In this document: piece by piece, positions 32,495-42,813 of the stretch | Position numbering within the stretch: the stretch's first letter is position 1 | Layout: the number at the start of each line of letters is the position of its first letter | NCBI GenBank assembly: GCA_930990125.1 | Contig: CAKNOI010000006.1 | Coordinates: 479-64,478 of the forward strand | Direction of reading: 5' to 3' | DNA: 64,000 nucleotides | Source: an uncultured Clostridiaceae bacterium | Lineage (GTDB): Bacteria; Bacillota; Clostridia; TANB77; CAG-508 | The notes under the pieces: generated by a model | Seen by the model: the letters and a program-made list of their open reading frames with translations, nothing else | What the model was told of the DNA's origin: nothing | Database searches by the model: none | Made by a program: the position numbers and the translations under genes

Positions 32495-33142
32495 TTATAA
32501 TTTTCTTGGACCTAATTCTAAATAAATAGGTTCTTCTTCTCTTACCATGGTAGATTTTCCATGTCCTGGGTAAATAATAACATCATCGGGGAGTACCATT
32601 AATTTATAGGAAATAGAATGAATCATCTCTTCAAAACTTCCTGTTGGTAAATCCGTTCTACCCCATGTACCATGAAAAATAGTATCTCCGGAAAACAGCA
32701 TTTTTTCTTGTTTACAGTATAGGCAGGTGCTTCCTTTGGTATGTCCTGGTGTATGAATTACGGTAAATTCTATTTCTCCTATATGAATAAGATCTCCATC
32801 ATCTACTCTTGAATCCGCCTCTAACTCTACTTGATGCATGCCTATGTAGTCTGTTAAGGTAATGTTTCTGTCTTTTAATCCTTCTGCATCCATACGATGA
32901 ATTAATACTTTTCCACCCATTTTTTCTTTTACTTCTTTTACACCACCAATATGGTCTCCGTGGCAATGGGTAAGATAAATGTATTTTAGTTTTGCTTCTA
33001 AAATAGTAAGCATTTCTAATATTTTATCCGCTTCTCCTGCAGGGTCAATTACCATTGCTTCTTTCGTTTTTTCGTCTTGAATAAGGTAGCAATTGGTTGG
33101 TTCTCCCATATTAGTGTTTATCTTTAGAACTTTTAATATCAT
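32495..33142 (-). CDS. MBL-fold metallo-hydrolase (glyoxalase II-like)
   Basis: THCHGDHIGG (HxHxDH) motif, 215 aa. Confidence 0.8.
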   Translation of the reverse strand: MILKVLKINTNMGEPTNCYLIQDEKTKEAMVIDPAGEADKILEMLTILEAKLKYIYLTHCHGDHIGGVKEVKEKMGGKVLIHRMDAEGLKDRNITLTDYIGMHQVELEADSRVDDGDLIHIGEIEFTVIHTPGHTKGSTCLYCKQEKMLFSGDTIFHGTWGRTDLPTGSFEEMIHSISYKLMVLPDDVIIYPGHGKSTMVREEEPIYLELGPRKL

Positions 33143-33158
33143 AGTTTCCCTCTTCTTT

Positions 33159-35351
33159 TTATTTTTTTCTTGTTACTTCATAGACACTATCTATTTTACG
33201 TAGAGCCTTTAGTACTGTGTTTAATTCCTCTATATTTTGCACTTCTACTGTTAGCTCTGTTGTAGCTATTTTTTCTTTATTTGCTTTGGAGGTTACTGCC
33301 ACTAATTTTACTTTGGTAGCATTTACCGTTTGTACAATGTCGGCAAGTAATCCTGCTCTATCATTAGCTAGAATAACAATATCTACATTATAAGCAACTT
33401 CTTTTTGTGTATGCCAGTATACATCAATCATTTTTTCTGGCTCTTTTAATAGTTCTTTTACATTAATACAATCGGTACGATGGACAGATACACCTCTTCC
33501 TTTGGTAATGTACCCTATAATATCATCTCCTGGTACTGGATTGCAACAACGAGAAAGTTTTACTAGGCAGTTATCAATTCCTTTTACAATAACACCTGTT
33601 TGAGAAGGTTTATAGATTGGTGTTTTATCCTTTGCTAGTTCTTCTATTTTTTTCTCTAAATCTACTTCTTTATTGTCTTTTCTGTATTCTTCTAACATTC
33701 TTGTAATTACTTTTACTGCGGATATCCCACCAAAACCGATGCTTGCATACATATCGTCTAAACTTGCAAATTTATATCTATCTAATGCCACTTGTACATA
33801 TTCATTTTTAAATAATACATCATGAGAAATTCCTAATTTTTTTAGTTCTCTTTCAATAATGTCTTTTCCTCTTTCAATGTTTTCTGCTCGTTGTTCTTTC
33901 TTAAACCATTGGTTAATACGTGTTTTTGCTGTACTACTTTTTACAAATTTAAGCCAATCTCTGCTTGGTCCTTTAGAGTTATCAGATGTTAAAATTTCTA
34001 CGATATTACCACTACGAAGTGGTGTGATAATTGGCATCATTTTGTTATTGATTTTGCATCCTACCATGTGGTTTCCAATGTCTGCGTGAATTCTGTAGGC
34101 AAAGTCAATTGGTGTTGCTCCTCTAGGAAGTACAATAATGGTTCCTTTTGGAGTAAATACATACACCTCATCTTCAAACAGTTCCGTTTTTAATGTGTTT
34201 AAAAACTCTTGTGGATTTTGTGTATCTTTTTGCCATTCTAGAGTTTCTCTAAGCCATGCTAGCTTATCTTCTGTTACCTTTACATTGGATTTTTTATCCT
34301 TACACGCTTCTTTATATGCCCAATGTGCTGCAATACCATATTCTGCAACACGATGCATATCCCAAGTACGAATTTGTACTTCAAATGGTGTTCCTTTTGG
34401 TCCTAATAAAGTAGTATGAATAGATTGATACATATTTGGTTTTGGTACTGCAATATAGTCTTTAAATCTACCTGGTATTGGGTTATATAATTCATGTACA
34501 ATTCCTAATGCTGCATAGCAGTCCTTTACAGAGTTTACTAAAATACGTAGTGCAAATAAATCGTAAATTTGGTCCAATGTTTTATTGTCTCGTTTCATTT
34601 TACGGTAGATACTATACAAATGCTTTGCTCTACCAGTTACTTCTGCCTCAATGCCTTGTTTTTTTAATTCTACGCGAATTTCCTCCATAATCATTTCAAT
34701 AAAACGCAAACGCTCTTCTCGTTTTTTGTTAATGCCTTCTACAATTTCGTAAAATTCTTCTGGATACAAATAACGGAATGCTAAATCTTCCAATTCCCAT
34801 TTTAGAGAATATACACCTAATCTGTTGGCCAGTGGTGCATAAAGGTCTAGTGTTTCTTTTGCATTAGCAATTTGTCTATCACGGGAAAGAAATTTTAAAG
34901 TTCTCATATTATGGAGTCTATCTGCTAGTTTAATTAAAATAACACGAATATCTTTTCCCATTGCTAAAAACATTTTGCGGTAATCTTCTACTTGTTGCTC
35001 TTCTTGAGAAGTATATTGCAATTTACCTAATTTTGTTACACCATCTACTAATTCTGCAATTTCTTTCCCAAATTCTTTGCTTAAATCTTCCATGGTTACA
35101 TCGGTATCTTCTACAACATCATGTAATAGTGCTGCACATACCGTACTATCATCTAGCTCCAAATCTGCTAGAATATAAGCTACTTGCAATGGATGGATAA
35201 TATATGGCTCTCCAGATTTTCTGCATTGGTCTCCATGATGTGCTTTAGCAAACTGATAAGCACGCATAATAAGTTCACTATTCGAATTAGGATTAAATTT
35301 TTTCATGCGTTCTATGACATCTTCTATTTTTACTTCTTTGTTTTCGGACAT
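33159..35351 (-). CDS. relA: Bifunctional (p)ppGpp synthetase/hydrolase Rel
   Basis: 730 aa: HD hydrolase domain (HPLQVAYILADL...HD), RelA_SpoT synthetase, TGS and ACT domains. Confidence 0.92.
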   Translation of the reverse strand: MSENKEVKIEDVIERMKKFNPNSNSELIMRAYQFAKAHHGDQCRKSGEPYIIHPLQVAYILADLELDDSTVCAALLHDVVEDTDVTMEDLSKEFGKEIAELVDGVTKLGKLQYTSQEEQQVEDYRKMFLAMGKDIRVILIKLADRLHNMRTLKFLSRDRQIANAKETLDLYAPLANRLGVYSLKWELEDLAFRYLYPEEFYEIVEGINKKREERLRFIEMIMEEIRVELKKQGIEAEVTGRAKHLYSIYRKMKRDNKTLDQIYDLFALRILVNSVKDCYAALGIVHELYNPIPGRFKDYIAVPKPNMYQSIHTTLLGPKGTPFEVQIRTWDMHRVAEYGIAAHWAYKEACKDKKSNVKVTEDKLAWLRETLEWQKDTQNPQEFLNTLKTELFEDEVYVFTPKGTIIVLPRGATPIDFAYRIHADIGNHMVGCKINNKMMPIITPLRSGNIVEILTSDNSKGPSRDWLKFVKSSTAKTRINQWFKKEQRAENIERGKDIIERELKKLGISHDVLFKNEYVQVALDRYKFASLDDMYASIGFGGISAVKVITRMLEEYRKDNKEVDLEKKIEELAKDKTPIYKPSQTGVIVKGIDNCLVKLSRCCNPVPGDDIIGYITKGRGVSVHRTDCINVKELLKEPEKMIDVYWHTQKEVAYNVDIVILANDRAGLLADIVQTVNATKVKLVAVTSKANKEKIATTELTVEVQNIEELNTVLKALRKIDSVYEVTRKK

Positions 35352-35382
35352 AGTTTCACTCTCCTTACATTTACTTTATTAC

Positions 35383-37077
35383 TTAGTAAGTCTTTCGCAT
35401 ATCTTTGATATTTATTTGGATACTATCCATTCCATTAAAAGAATTAATTTCTAATATTCCTGCAACATCTACACGGTCGCCAATTAAATATTCTTCTGCT
35501 AGATGTCCCATATTAAAGCCAATAGCTCCTACTAATAAATGGTCATCTTTTAAGGTTAATTTTAAATGTTTTCCTTCGGATAAAGAACGAATAGAATCTA
35601 TTTTTAAATTATGAAACATAAAAATAGGCATTTTGTTAGCTTCTCCAAATGGTTCTAATAAGTTTAGTTCTTTTACCATACCAATGGTAATTTCTTTTAA
35701 ATCTATTTGTTCTTCTATGGCAATAACTGGCATCAAGTTTTCTATATGACTTTCTAGCACTACTTCTTCAAATACTTTTTTAAATGGTATAAAGTTTTCT
35801 TCTTTTAAAGTAACACCTACTGCCATTTCGTGTCCGCCATATTTTTCTAGGTAATTACTACATTTTCCTAATGCTTCGTGTAAATCAAAACCAGGAATAC
35901 TTCTACCAGAACCTTTACCTATATTTTCTTCAAAACAAACTAAAATACTTGGTTTAAAATACAAGTCTGTAATTTTAGAAGACACAATACCAATAACACC
36001 ATGATGCCATTTTTCATCTCCCAGAACAATACAAGGACTTTTGGGTTCCTGTTCTACTTTTTGTATGGCTTCTTCTAAAATTTCTTTTTCTATAGTTTGT
36101 CTTTGTTTGTTATACTCGTTTAGCTTTTCTGTTATTTGCTTTGCTTCTTTCCTATCTTGTGTTAAAAATAATTGTAATGCCTCTTGTTCCTGTCCCATTC
36201 TACCACAAGCATTAATTCTAGGTGCAATTCCAAAAGAAACCATAGTAGAATCTATTTTACGATATCCAGATGCTTCTATTAATTCTTTTAGTCCTATATT
36301 TTGCGTTCTTTCTACTAATTTTAGCCCTAATTTGGTAATCACTCTATTTTCATCTACTAATGGCACAATATCAGAAATAGTACCAATACATACAATGTCT
36401 AGATATTTTAAATATTCTTTTTCTGGTAATTGTAGCTTTTTGCCAATAGCTTGTATGGTTTTAAAAACCACTCCTACGCCTGCTAAGCCTCTAAATGGAT
36501 ACTTACTTGTTTGGATTTTAGGGTCTACTACTGCAACCGCATTTGGCAAAATTTCTAGTGGTTCATGGTGGTCGGTAATTACTGTTTCTATTCCAAGACT
36601 ACTTGCATATTCTACTTCTTCAATACCAGAAATACCGCAATCTACGGTTATCATTAAGTCAAATCCTTGGCTAGCAATCCATTCAACTGCCTTTTTGTTT
36701 AAACCATATCCTTCTTCTAAACGGTTTGGAATATAGGAAGAAACCTCTAATCCTCTTTCTTCTAAAAACTGTTTTAAAACCGTTATGCTAGTAATACCAT
36801 CTACATCATAATCTCCATAAATAATGATTTTTTCTTTTTGCTGAATTGCTTGTAAAATACGTTCTACGGCTTTATCCATATCTGGCATTAAAAAAGGGTC
36901 ATGAAAATCTGCTCGCGTAGGATTTAAAAATACACGTATTTCTTCTTCTGTCTCTATCCCTCTATTTACTAGAATTTGAGAAAGAAGATTACTAAGTCCA
37001 AAATCCTTTTGTATTTTTTCTTGTAATTTTCTTTTATCTACATTACTTTTATTCTTTACTTCCCATTTCTTTATCAT
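35383..37077 (-). CDS. recJ: Single-stranded-DNA-specific exonuclease RecJ
   Basis: 564 aa DHH/DHHA1 phosphoesterase (...DHH... motifs; DCGIS). Confidence 0.88.
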   Translation of the reverse strand: MIKKWEVKNKSNVDKRKLQEKIQKDFGLSNLLSQILVNRGIETEEEIRVFLNPTRADFHDPFLMPDMDKAVERILQAIQQKEKIIIYGDYDVDGITSITVLKQFLEERGLEVSSYIPNRLEEGYGLNKKAVEWIASQGFDLMITVDCGISGIEEVEYASSLGIETVITDHHEPLEILPNAVAVVDPKIQTSKYPFRGLAGVGVVFKTIQAIGKKLQLPEKEYLKYLDIVCIGTISDIVPLVDENRVITKLGLKLVERTQNIGLKELIEASGYRKIDSTMVSFGIAPRINACGRMGQEQEALQLFLTQDRKEAKQITEKLNEYNKQRQTIEKEILEEAIQKVEQEPKSPCIVLGDEKWHHGVIGIVSSKITDLYFKPSILVCFEENIGKGSGRSIPGFDLHEALGKCSNYLEKYGGHEMAVGVTLKEENFIPFKKVFEEVVLESHIENLMPVIAIEEQIDLKEITIGMVKELNLLEPFGEANKMPIFMFHNLKIDSIRSLSEGKHLKLTLKDDHLLVGAIGFNMGHLAEEYLIGDRVDVAGILEINSFNGMDSIQINIKDMRKTY

Positions 37078-37245
37078 GCTTTTCTCCTAATATTCCAATT
37101 TACCTACTATTATATAACAAAACCGTCAAATTGGAAATAGAAAACCGCAAAGTTTTTGGTTATTATTGCTTTTTATGTAAATTTGCCATTTAAAAGGAAC
37201 CAGCTCAAATGAACTGGTTCCTTTGCATTATACATTAGCATGTTT

Positions 37246-37945
37246 TTATATCATAGTTCTTATCAAACAAATTCCTGCAAGTAAAATGATTTTTACCATG
37301 CAATTGGAAAACAGTTTATAAATAGTATATGGAATTCCAATTTTATTAATTTGTTCATAGGCTTCTACTAGTTTTTCTATATTTTCCTTAGTGGTTACTT
37401 CTTTTTCTTGCATATATTCTTTTGCTAGATATTTTGCTTTTGTCATGGCGTCCATTTCTAGGTAGCTACGTACAAAGTAATATACAAAGGATAAAAAAGT
37501 AAAACATAAGATAGCAAGTACACCATTTGGTATTACTCCTAATGCTAGCAATACTGCTAATACAATAAAACTAAGAAGATATATATTAGAATATACAAAA
37601 TTAAATAGTAGCATTTTTCTATCTTGCACCGAATGTAAACATTCATGTGCTATGGTTTGTACTCTAGCAAAAGTATTTTTCCCGAGATGCAATAATAATT
37701 TTATTAGTTACAGCAATATACAAGCTAGCTTGGGCTTGTTTGTCCTCTTCAATGGCTACTCCTGTATTATTTAACTTTGCTAATATTTCTTTTGCTATTT
37801 CTATATTATCTGGAAAATTTTTTGATAAAGTATTTAGTTCTTCTTTTTCCGCTAGTGCTTTAATATCTCTTACTTTGGTATAGGATAATATTCCTAAAAT
37901 TAGCAAAAGTGAAATAGCCAAAATAAGAATAATAACATATTCCAT
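37246..37945 (-). CDS. Membrane-associated zinc-metallopeptidase-like protein (HExxH). Requires a +1 skip at the in-frame CGG (forward 37682-37684).
   Basis: Pieces 37664..37945 (N-terminal TM plus helical region, ...IIIAS) and 37246..37692 ([C]GG KNTFARVQTIAHECLHSVQ...). Junction restores Gly (GGG). Confidence 0.65.
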
Positions 37946-37965
37946 TTTTCTTCCATCCTTTATTG

Positions 37966-38301
37966 TTATTGTAATACGTCTTTTACAGCTTCTCCAATGA
38001 TTTTATTAACATCTGCAAGTAATACATTAAATCTTACTTCTAAGTCAAAATATTCCTTCATATCTGGATTTTCTAGTAGCATTTGATATAATTCTTGTAA
38101 CTTTTTCATTTTTTCAGTATCTTGTTCGCCTTTTTGTATAGAAAGAACTTGTGCTTCATAACGTAATTTTTCAAACTCTTCTATTCTTTTTTTCTCTTCT
38201 GGATTTTGATTTACTTTTTCTTTTGCTTTTTTAAATTCTAAATATTCTGGTGCTTTTTTTAATTCTTCTGCTAGTTTGTTTGCAGTATCATATACGTTCA
38301 T
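37966..38301 (-). CDS. YlbF/YmcA-family regulatory protein (UPF0342)
   Basis: 111 aa all-helical protein with the family consensus around ...EEFEKLRYEAQ... Confidence 0.7.
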   Translation of the reverse strand: MNVYDTANKLAEELKKAPEYLEFKKAKEKVNQNPEEKKRIEEFEKLRYEAQVLSIQKGEQDTEKMKKLQELYQMLLENPDMKEYFDLEVRFNVLLADVNKIIGEAVKDVLQ

Positions 38302-38368
38302 ATTCTTTCTTTCCTTTCTGATTTCTTAGAAAGAGGATTCCTGCTTTTGGTAGGTAATCCTCTTTTTG

Positions 38369-39661
38369 CTATGCATAAGCATGGCGTTTTTTGAATGATA
38401 GTAATTTTGTAATTTCATTCTCATTATTTTTAGCTTCTTTTGTTTTCTTTGCTTTTTCTTGTTCAATTTGTTTTGCTTGTCTTTCTGCCATTGTCTGACA
38501 AATTGCTTTTTGATAAATAAAGTGGGTATCTTGTGCAATTTTGTTCCAGTTATATTCTTCTCTTACTTTTGCCTTCGCTTTTTTAGATATATTATCACAT
38601 AATTTTTGATCGTATAATAGTGCTAAGATAGAGTCTGCAATAGAATTTGGATTTCCTGCATAGGATTTCATACCATCTACACCATGGGTAATAATTTCGT
38701 TTAAGCCTCCTGCATCTGATACTACTGTTGGAGTTCCAGAAAGCATTCCCTCAAGTGCTACAATTCCAAATGGTTCGTAGGTACTTGGGAACACTGCCAC
38801 ATCACTTGCTTTATACATTTTAGGAACTTGCTTAGCATTTAAGTATCCTGTAAAATATACTTTATTACCTAATCCCATAGCATTTGCTTGGCTCTTTAAT
38901 TCCTCTAGCATTCCACCTTTTCCAGCAATAACAAGTTTAGCATCATGGTATCCATTTAAAATTTTAGGCATAGCAGAAATTAAATGTTGCACTCCTTTTT
39001 CGTATACTAATCTTCCCATAAATAGAATAATTTTTTCATTGTCCATGGCATACTGTCTCCTAAAATCGTAATCTCTTTCTACTCCATTAAACAAAGTTAA
39101 GTTTACTCCATTTGGTACAACACTTATTTTTTCAAATGGCAATCCAAAAAGTCCTTGGATATGTCCTTTCATAAAATTACTATTTACAATTACTTCTGTT
39201 GCTTCATAAGTAAGCATCCATTCTGTATCATTAATATATCTTTGTGTTTCATCATGTATACCAGAATTTCTACCAGCCTCTGTTGCATGAATCGTAGCCA
39301 CAATAGGAATATCAAATGCATTTTTTAATGTTTTAGCAGCATACGCCACTAACCAATCATGTGCATGAATTACATCAAAAGGTCCCTCCTTTTGTATGAT
39401 TTCTGTTGCTTTTGCTACTAGATTAAAGTTAAGTTGCATAATCCAATCAATAAAGTTATTTGGATTAATCATGTAATTATTTACACGATATACTTTTACA
39501 CCTTTATCGTTTTCGTAGTCTGGTAGATCTCCCTCTTTGTAAGTTACTACTGTAACCTCATGTCCATCTTTAATAAGTCTCTTGGACAAATCATGCACTA
39601 CTCTTGCAATTCCCCCTACAATTCTTGGTGGATATTCCCACGTTAGCATCAAAATTTTCAT
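38369..39661 (-). CDS. GT4-family glycosyltransferase (retaining, GT-B fold)
   Basis: 430 aa. N-terminal MKILMLTWEYPP...GG. C-terminal EPFGIVALEGMLSGTP motif typical of GT4. Confidence 0.8.
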   Translation of the reverse strand: MKILMLTWEYPPRIVGGIARVVHDLSKRLIKDGHEVTVVTYKEGDLPDYENDKGVKVYRVNNYMINPNNFIDWIMQLNFNLVAKATEIIQKEGPFDVIHAHDWLVAYAAKTLKNAFDIPIVATIHATEAGRNSGIHDETQRYINDTEWMLTYEATEVIVNSNFMKGHIQGLFGLPFEKISVVPNGVNLTLFNGVERDYDFRRQYAMDNEKIILFMGRLVYEKGVQHLISAMPKILNGYHDAKLVIAGKGGMLEELKSQANAMGLGNKVYFTGYLNAKQVPKMYKASDVAVFPSTYEPFGIVALEGMLSGTPTVVSDAGGLNEIITHGVDGMKSYAGNPNSIADSILALLYDQKLCDNISKKAKAKVREEYNWNKIAQDTHFIYQKAICQTMAERQAKQIEQEKAKKTKEAKNNENEITKLLSFKKRHAYA

Positions 39662-39854
39662 GAATACTTACCCCTTTCTGGTATCTTCCTTTGTATTTCT
39701 CTTTTATTTTTTCTAGGTATATTGTATCGAATCTTGATGGAAAAGTAAATATATTTTCGAAAAATATATATTACTTTTATGTTACAAAATGATATATTAG
39801 AAAGCCACCTAGATATATTGTTTTTTTCTAGATGGCTTTCTATTAAGTTATAAT

Positions 39855-40982
39855 CTACTGAAATTTATTTATATTTTCAATTCTTCCAGCAAAGTAGGGT
39901 AAACTTTTACCTTTTTCTCTTAAAAATATGGTAAATGTATCGTCTACATAAAAATATCTAGGTTTATCTTTTTTAGGTTTTGTTTCAGCTGCACTTCCCA
40001 TATATTGCATACCCATACCGGACTCGCTTTTTATTTCTCCACCTTTTTCATCTATTGAAAATTTTATTGTTTGTATAGCTTTTTCAATTTCTGCAGTAGG
40101 ATAAGTAGCATCAGCTGTTTTAAATTCTTTGTTTTGTAATTCTGTATACTCTTTTTTTTCATTAAATGTTAATTTAGGTGCTTTAAATTCATCTATATCT
40201 TTGAAACTTTTACTTCCTGTATATTTTTTTGATTCTTCATTCATATTTTCATATATTTCATTAAATGTTACTCCTTGAGGGCTTTTGCAAAAAATGACTT
40301 CATCGTCCGTTTTTGTATTTACTATCATTGCGAAATCATCTTTTGAGTTATAATATAACACATCAATTTGGTCACCAATAGAATCGTCTGTATGTTTATC
40401 TATTCCAAAATATTCAACATCATTATATTTGTCTCCGAATTTTCCGTTTTCTAGTTTATCAAATTCTTTCAAAAATTCAAATTTTTTATATAGCATGGCA
40501 TAGAAAAAATATCTTCCTGGATTGGTATTGTTTGAATCGTTTAATTCACTCTCAGACCAACCAAAGTCTTCTAAAATATCACTTTGTTGATTAAATTTTT
40601 CCTTTATTCCATTTTCTATCTGTTCTTTTAGTTCAAGCGACTTTGGTCCATATATTTTAAAATAGTAATCTTCTGAAAGCATATCTTGTGTAAATTCTTC
40701 TTTATTAAGATTGTCTGCCATTTTTTCTTGTGGTGTAAATACAATATCTCCCTTTACCACATCATTTTTCATGTCATTCCATATTAATTGAAATGTCCCA
40801 CACCAACTGCTATCTGCCGTTATTGTATCTCTCATTGTTGGAACAATTGTAATCCCTTCTGCTTGTTGCAATCTTGTAGCTGTTTTTCCACCATATTTGT
40901 TTATTGCAATTACTCCAACGATGGATACAATGATTAAGATTACAACAATAATTAAAATTTTAACTTTTTTATTCATATACAA
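39855..40982 (-). CDS. Serpin-family protein with N-terminal membrane anchor
   Basis: 375 aa. Uncleaved-looking TM anchor then serpin core. The C-terminus ...PRYFYVDDTFTIFLREKGKSLPYFAGRIENI matches the serpin s4B-s5B signature. The putative reactive-centre-loop hinge (EKGGEIKSESGMGM) is atypical for an inhibitory serpin. Confidence 0.7.
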   Translation of the reverse strand: MYMNKKVKILIIVVILIIVSIVGVIAINKYGGKTATRLQQAEGITIVPTMRDTITADSSWCGTFQLIWNDMKNDVVKGDIVFTPQEKMADNLNKEEFTQDMLSEDYYFKIYGPKSLELKEQIENGIKEKFNQQSDILEDFGWSESELNDSNNTNPGRYFFYAMLYKKFEFLKEFDKLENGKFGDKYNDVEYFGIDKHTDDSIGDQIDVLYYNSKDDFAMIVNTKTDDEVIFCKSPQGVTFNEIYENMNEESKKYTGSKSFKDIDEFKAPKLTFNEKKEYTELQNKEFKTADATYPTAEIEKAIQTIKFSIDEKGGEIKSESGMGMQYMGSAAETKPKKDKPRYFYVDDTFTIFLREKGKSLPYFAGRIENINKFQ

Positions 40983-41164
40983 TTCCCCCTTATTTTTCTT
41001 TTTTTCTTTGGAGCAAACGTCGTAGTTATTTATAACTTTTTATCTCTTAACGATTGATACAAATATCAATCAATTTATTAAATTATATCATATTTTTTGT
41101 AAATTGTAATAAATTTATCGAAAAAGCTTCCTATTTTGTAATTTAATAATTTTATGTATATCTT

Positions 41165-41193
41165 GTACCTTGTTTAGAAATATGCTATAATTC
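41165..41193 (+). promoter_or_regulatory. Strong sigma-A promoter (TTGTAC-17-TATAAT) driving the small ORFs at 41261
   Basis: ttgtaccttgtttagaaatatgctataat. About 68 nt leader then AGGAGG RBS. Confidence 0.55.
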
Positions 41194-41260
41194 CAATCAT
41201 AGTCAATATGACTTTTTTTAGTTAACCTTTAACTCTATCAAAGCAATCAGGAGGAATGCA

Positions 41261-41477
41261 TATGAAACGGAAAGAGTTAGATAACGACTGATGAATTTAT
41301 AGATGCTGTAAAGACATTAATGTCATTTGCTTTTCGACAGGATGACACTATCCCCGAAACATGGAAATGTGATAATACTTGTCGTATGGTGTCCAATCTT
41401 TTGTGTCCTGGAGAATGTAATATCAGTAAAACCTCAGATAAAATGTGTCCATTTTTTATAGACGAAGGTTTAATCTG
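41261..41477 (+). other. Small-ORF locus: 9-codon ORF MKRKELDND (perfect AGGAGG RBS, contains an in-frame CGG) overlapping a +1-frame Cys-rich ORF (...TDEFIDAVKTLMSFAFRQDDTIPETWKCDNTCRMVSNLLCPGECNISKTSDKMCPFFIDEGLI)
   Basis: The ATG at 41261 is preceded by aggagg at -9. The frame-0 stop TGA is at 41288-41290. The +1 frame is open from 41280 to a TGA at 41475-41477 (5 Cys, 62 aa) but has no start of its own apart from an internal ATG (MSFAF...). Confidence 0.3.
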
Positions 41478-41738
41478 ATAAAGACAAGGCAATTGTACTT
41501 TGTGCAATTGCCTTCCTTATATCAGATAATTATGTTGGTTCTACATTTTTATTATCCATGTATGTATATGATTGTTTAAAACTATCAAAATTCAGATTAT
41601 TATTTTATTATATAAGTTCCACATTGTGGAACCATTGCTACATGTGTTCATTACTTGAAGTTTAGTAATATAATCTACTACATATTTTTATCTTTTAGTT
41701 GTTTACTTTTTTCTTTTTCAATCTGTTTTAAGCTCTTT

Positions 41739-42524
41739 TTAGGAGTAGGTAAATTTTCTGGCATAGTTCCGTCCAGCTTCTTTAATTGCTTTTCTAACTA
41801 TTTTTCCAATTTTATTATGAGTATCACAAGCTCTCTTTTCAGTATCAACTTTATCTCTTTTTAATCTTTGTTCTGTTTGAGAAATTCTAAATAAATTTGC
41901 TATAAGCTCATCACTTCCCATATTATCAAGAATATCTTCTCTGTATCTTAATCCTTTTCTTTTGGCAATATCATCAGCTGTTTCTCCATTGTATAATCCT
42001 TTATACCCAGCATTATGAAATTTGTCAAAATTTTTAACTCCTGCATTTTTAGCGGTTTGATTAAGTGAGTAATTTCCTTTTCTTGTCAAATCTCTTTGAT
42101 AAAATCTTTTCTCATCTTCTGTTAGCATACTATATTCTTTTTCACTAATTTCTTGTTTTCTAGTTTGAACTGCAAAATATGTTTGAGCTAGAGCTACAAT
42201 TTTTAATCTTGGATTTGCATTTTGAGCTATAAGGTAGCAAGCATATCGTGTTAATTTATAATCCTTTTGTTCTCTTTTCGCACCAGAACCTATTTCTACC
42301 ATTTTGTTGTCAACAACGAAATGGTCAATGTCAGTAATTTCAGAGTTTTGACAAGCTATCCTTGCTTTTTTAATTACTGCATCAAAATATCTCCAATCCT
42401 TATAACTTAAAACTTTCATCAATTCTCTAGCATACCAAAATTCAATTCCATTTTCATCAATATGTTTTATATTTTCAAATGATTTATTGTTCTTATCTAT
42501 CTCTTTCAATAATATCATCTCCAC
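41739..42524 (-). CDS. DinD/BRO-N-like DNA-damage-inducible family protein (phage/island-associated)
   Basis: 261 aa. N-terminal ...FWYARELMKVLSYKDWRYFDAVIKKARIAC... resembles the DinD/KilA-N type. AT-rich context next to a tRNA. In-frame CGG 9 codons from the stop (forward 41769-41771). Confidence 0.5.
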   Translation of the reverse strand: MEMILLKEIDKNNKSFENIKHIDENGIEFWYARELMKVLSYKDWRYFDAVIKKARIACQNSEITDIDHFVVDNKMVEIGSGAKREQKDYKLTRYACYLIAQNANPRLKIVALAQTYFAVQTRKQEISEKEYSMLTEDEKRFYQRDLTRKGNYSLNQTAKNAGVKNFDKFHNAGYKGLYNGETADDIAKRKGLRYREDILDNMGSDELIANLFRISQTEQRLKRDKVDTEKRACDTHNKIGKIVRKAIKEAGRNYARKFTYS

Positions 42525-42813
42525 TCATAATATTTTACTTGTTTCAAATATATTATAAAACAAATGTTTGTGAAAGTCAATTAGATTTTTCTTTTTTTTA
42601 ATTTTTATATACATAGTATTTTTACAGGACTTTTACTCTGTCATAAGACCTAACCCCCTATGAGTTATGACGTACCATCATAACATTAGGCTTTCTGAGG
42701 CAATAAAATTTATTGAATTTTTAATTTATTGAATTTTTCCAACAAAAAAATACCATTCTGAAAAGAATGATATTTGTATCTATCTGTTCTATTAGTTCGA
42801 ACAGAAACGTCTT

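Noticed and set aside
38326-38538. A 70 aa K-rich ORF overlapping the 3-prime end of the GT4 gene
   Set aside because: It is a same-strand alternative-frame artefact inside the glycosyltransferase C-terminus and has no independent signals.
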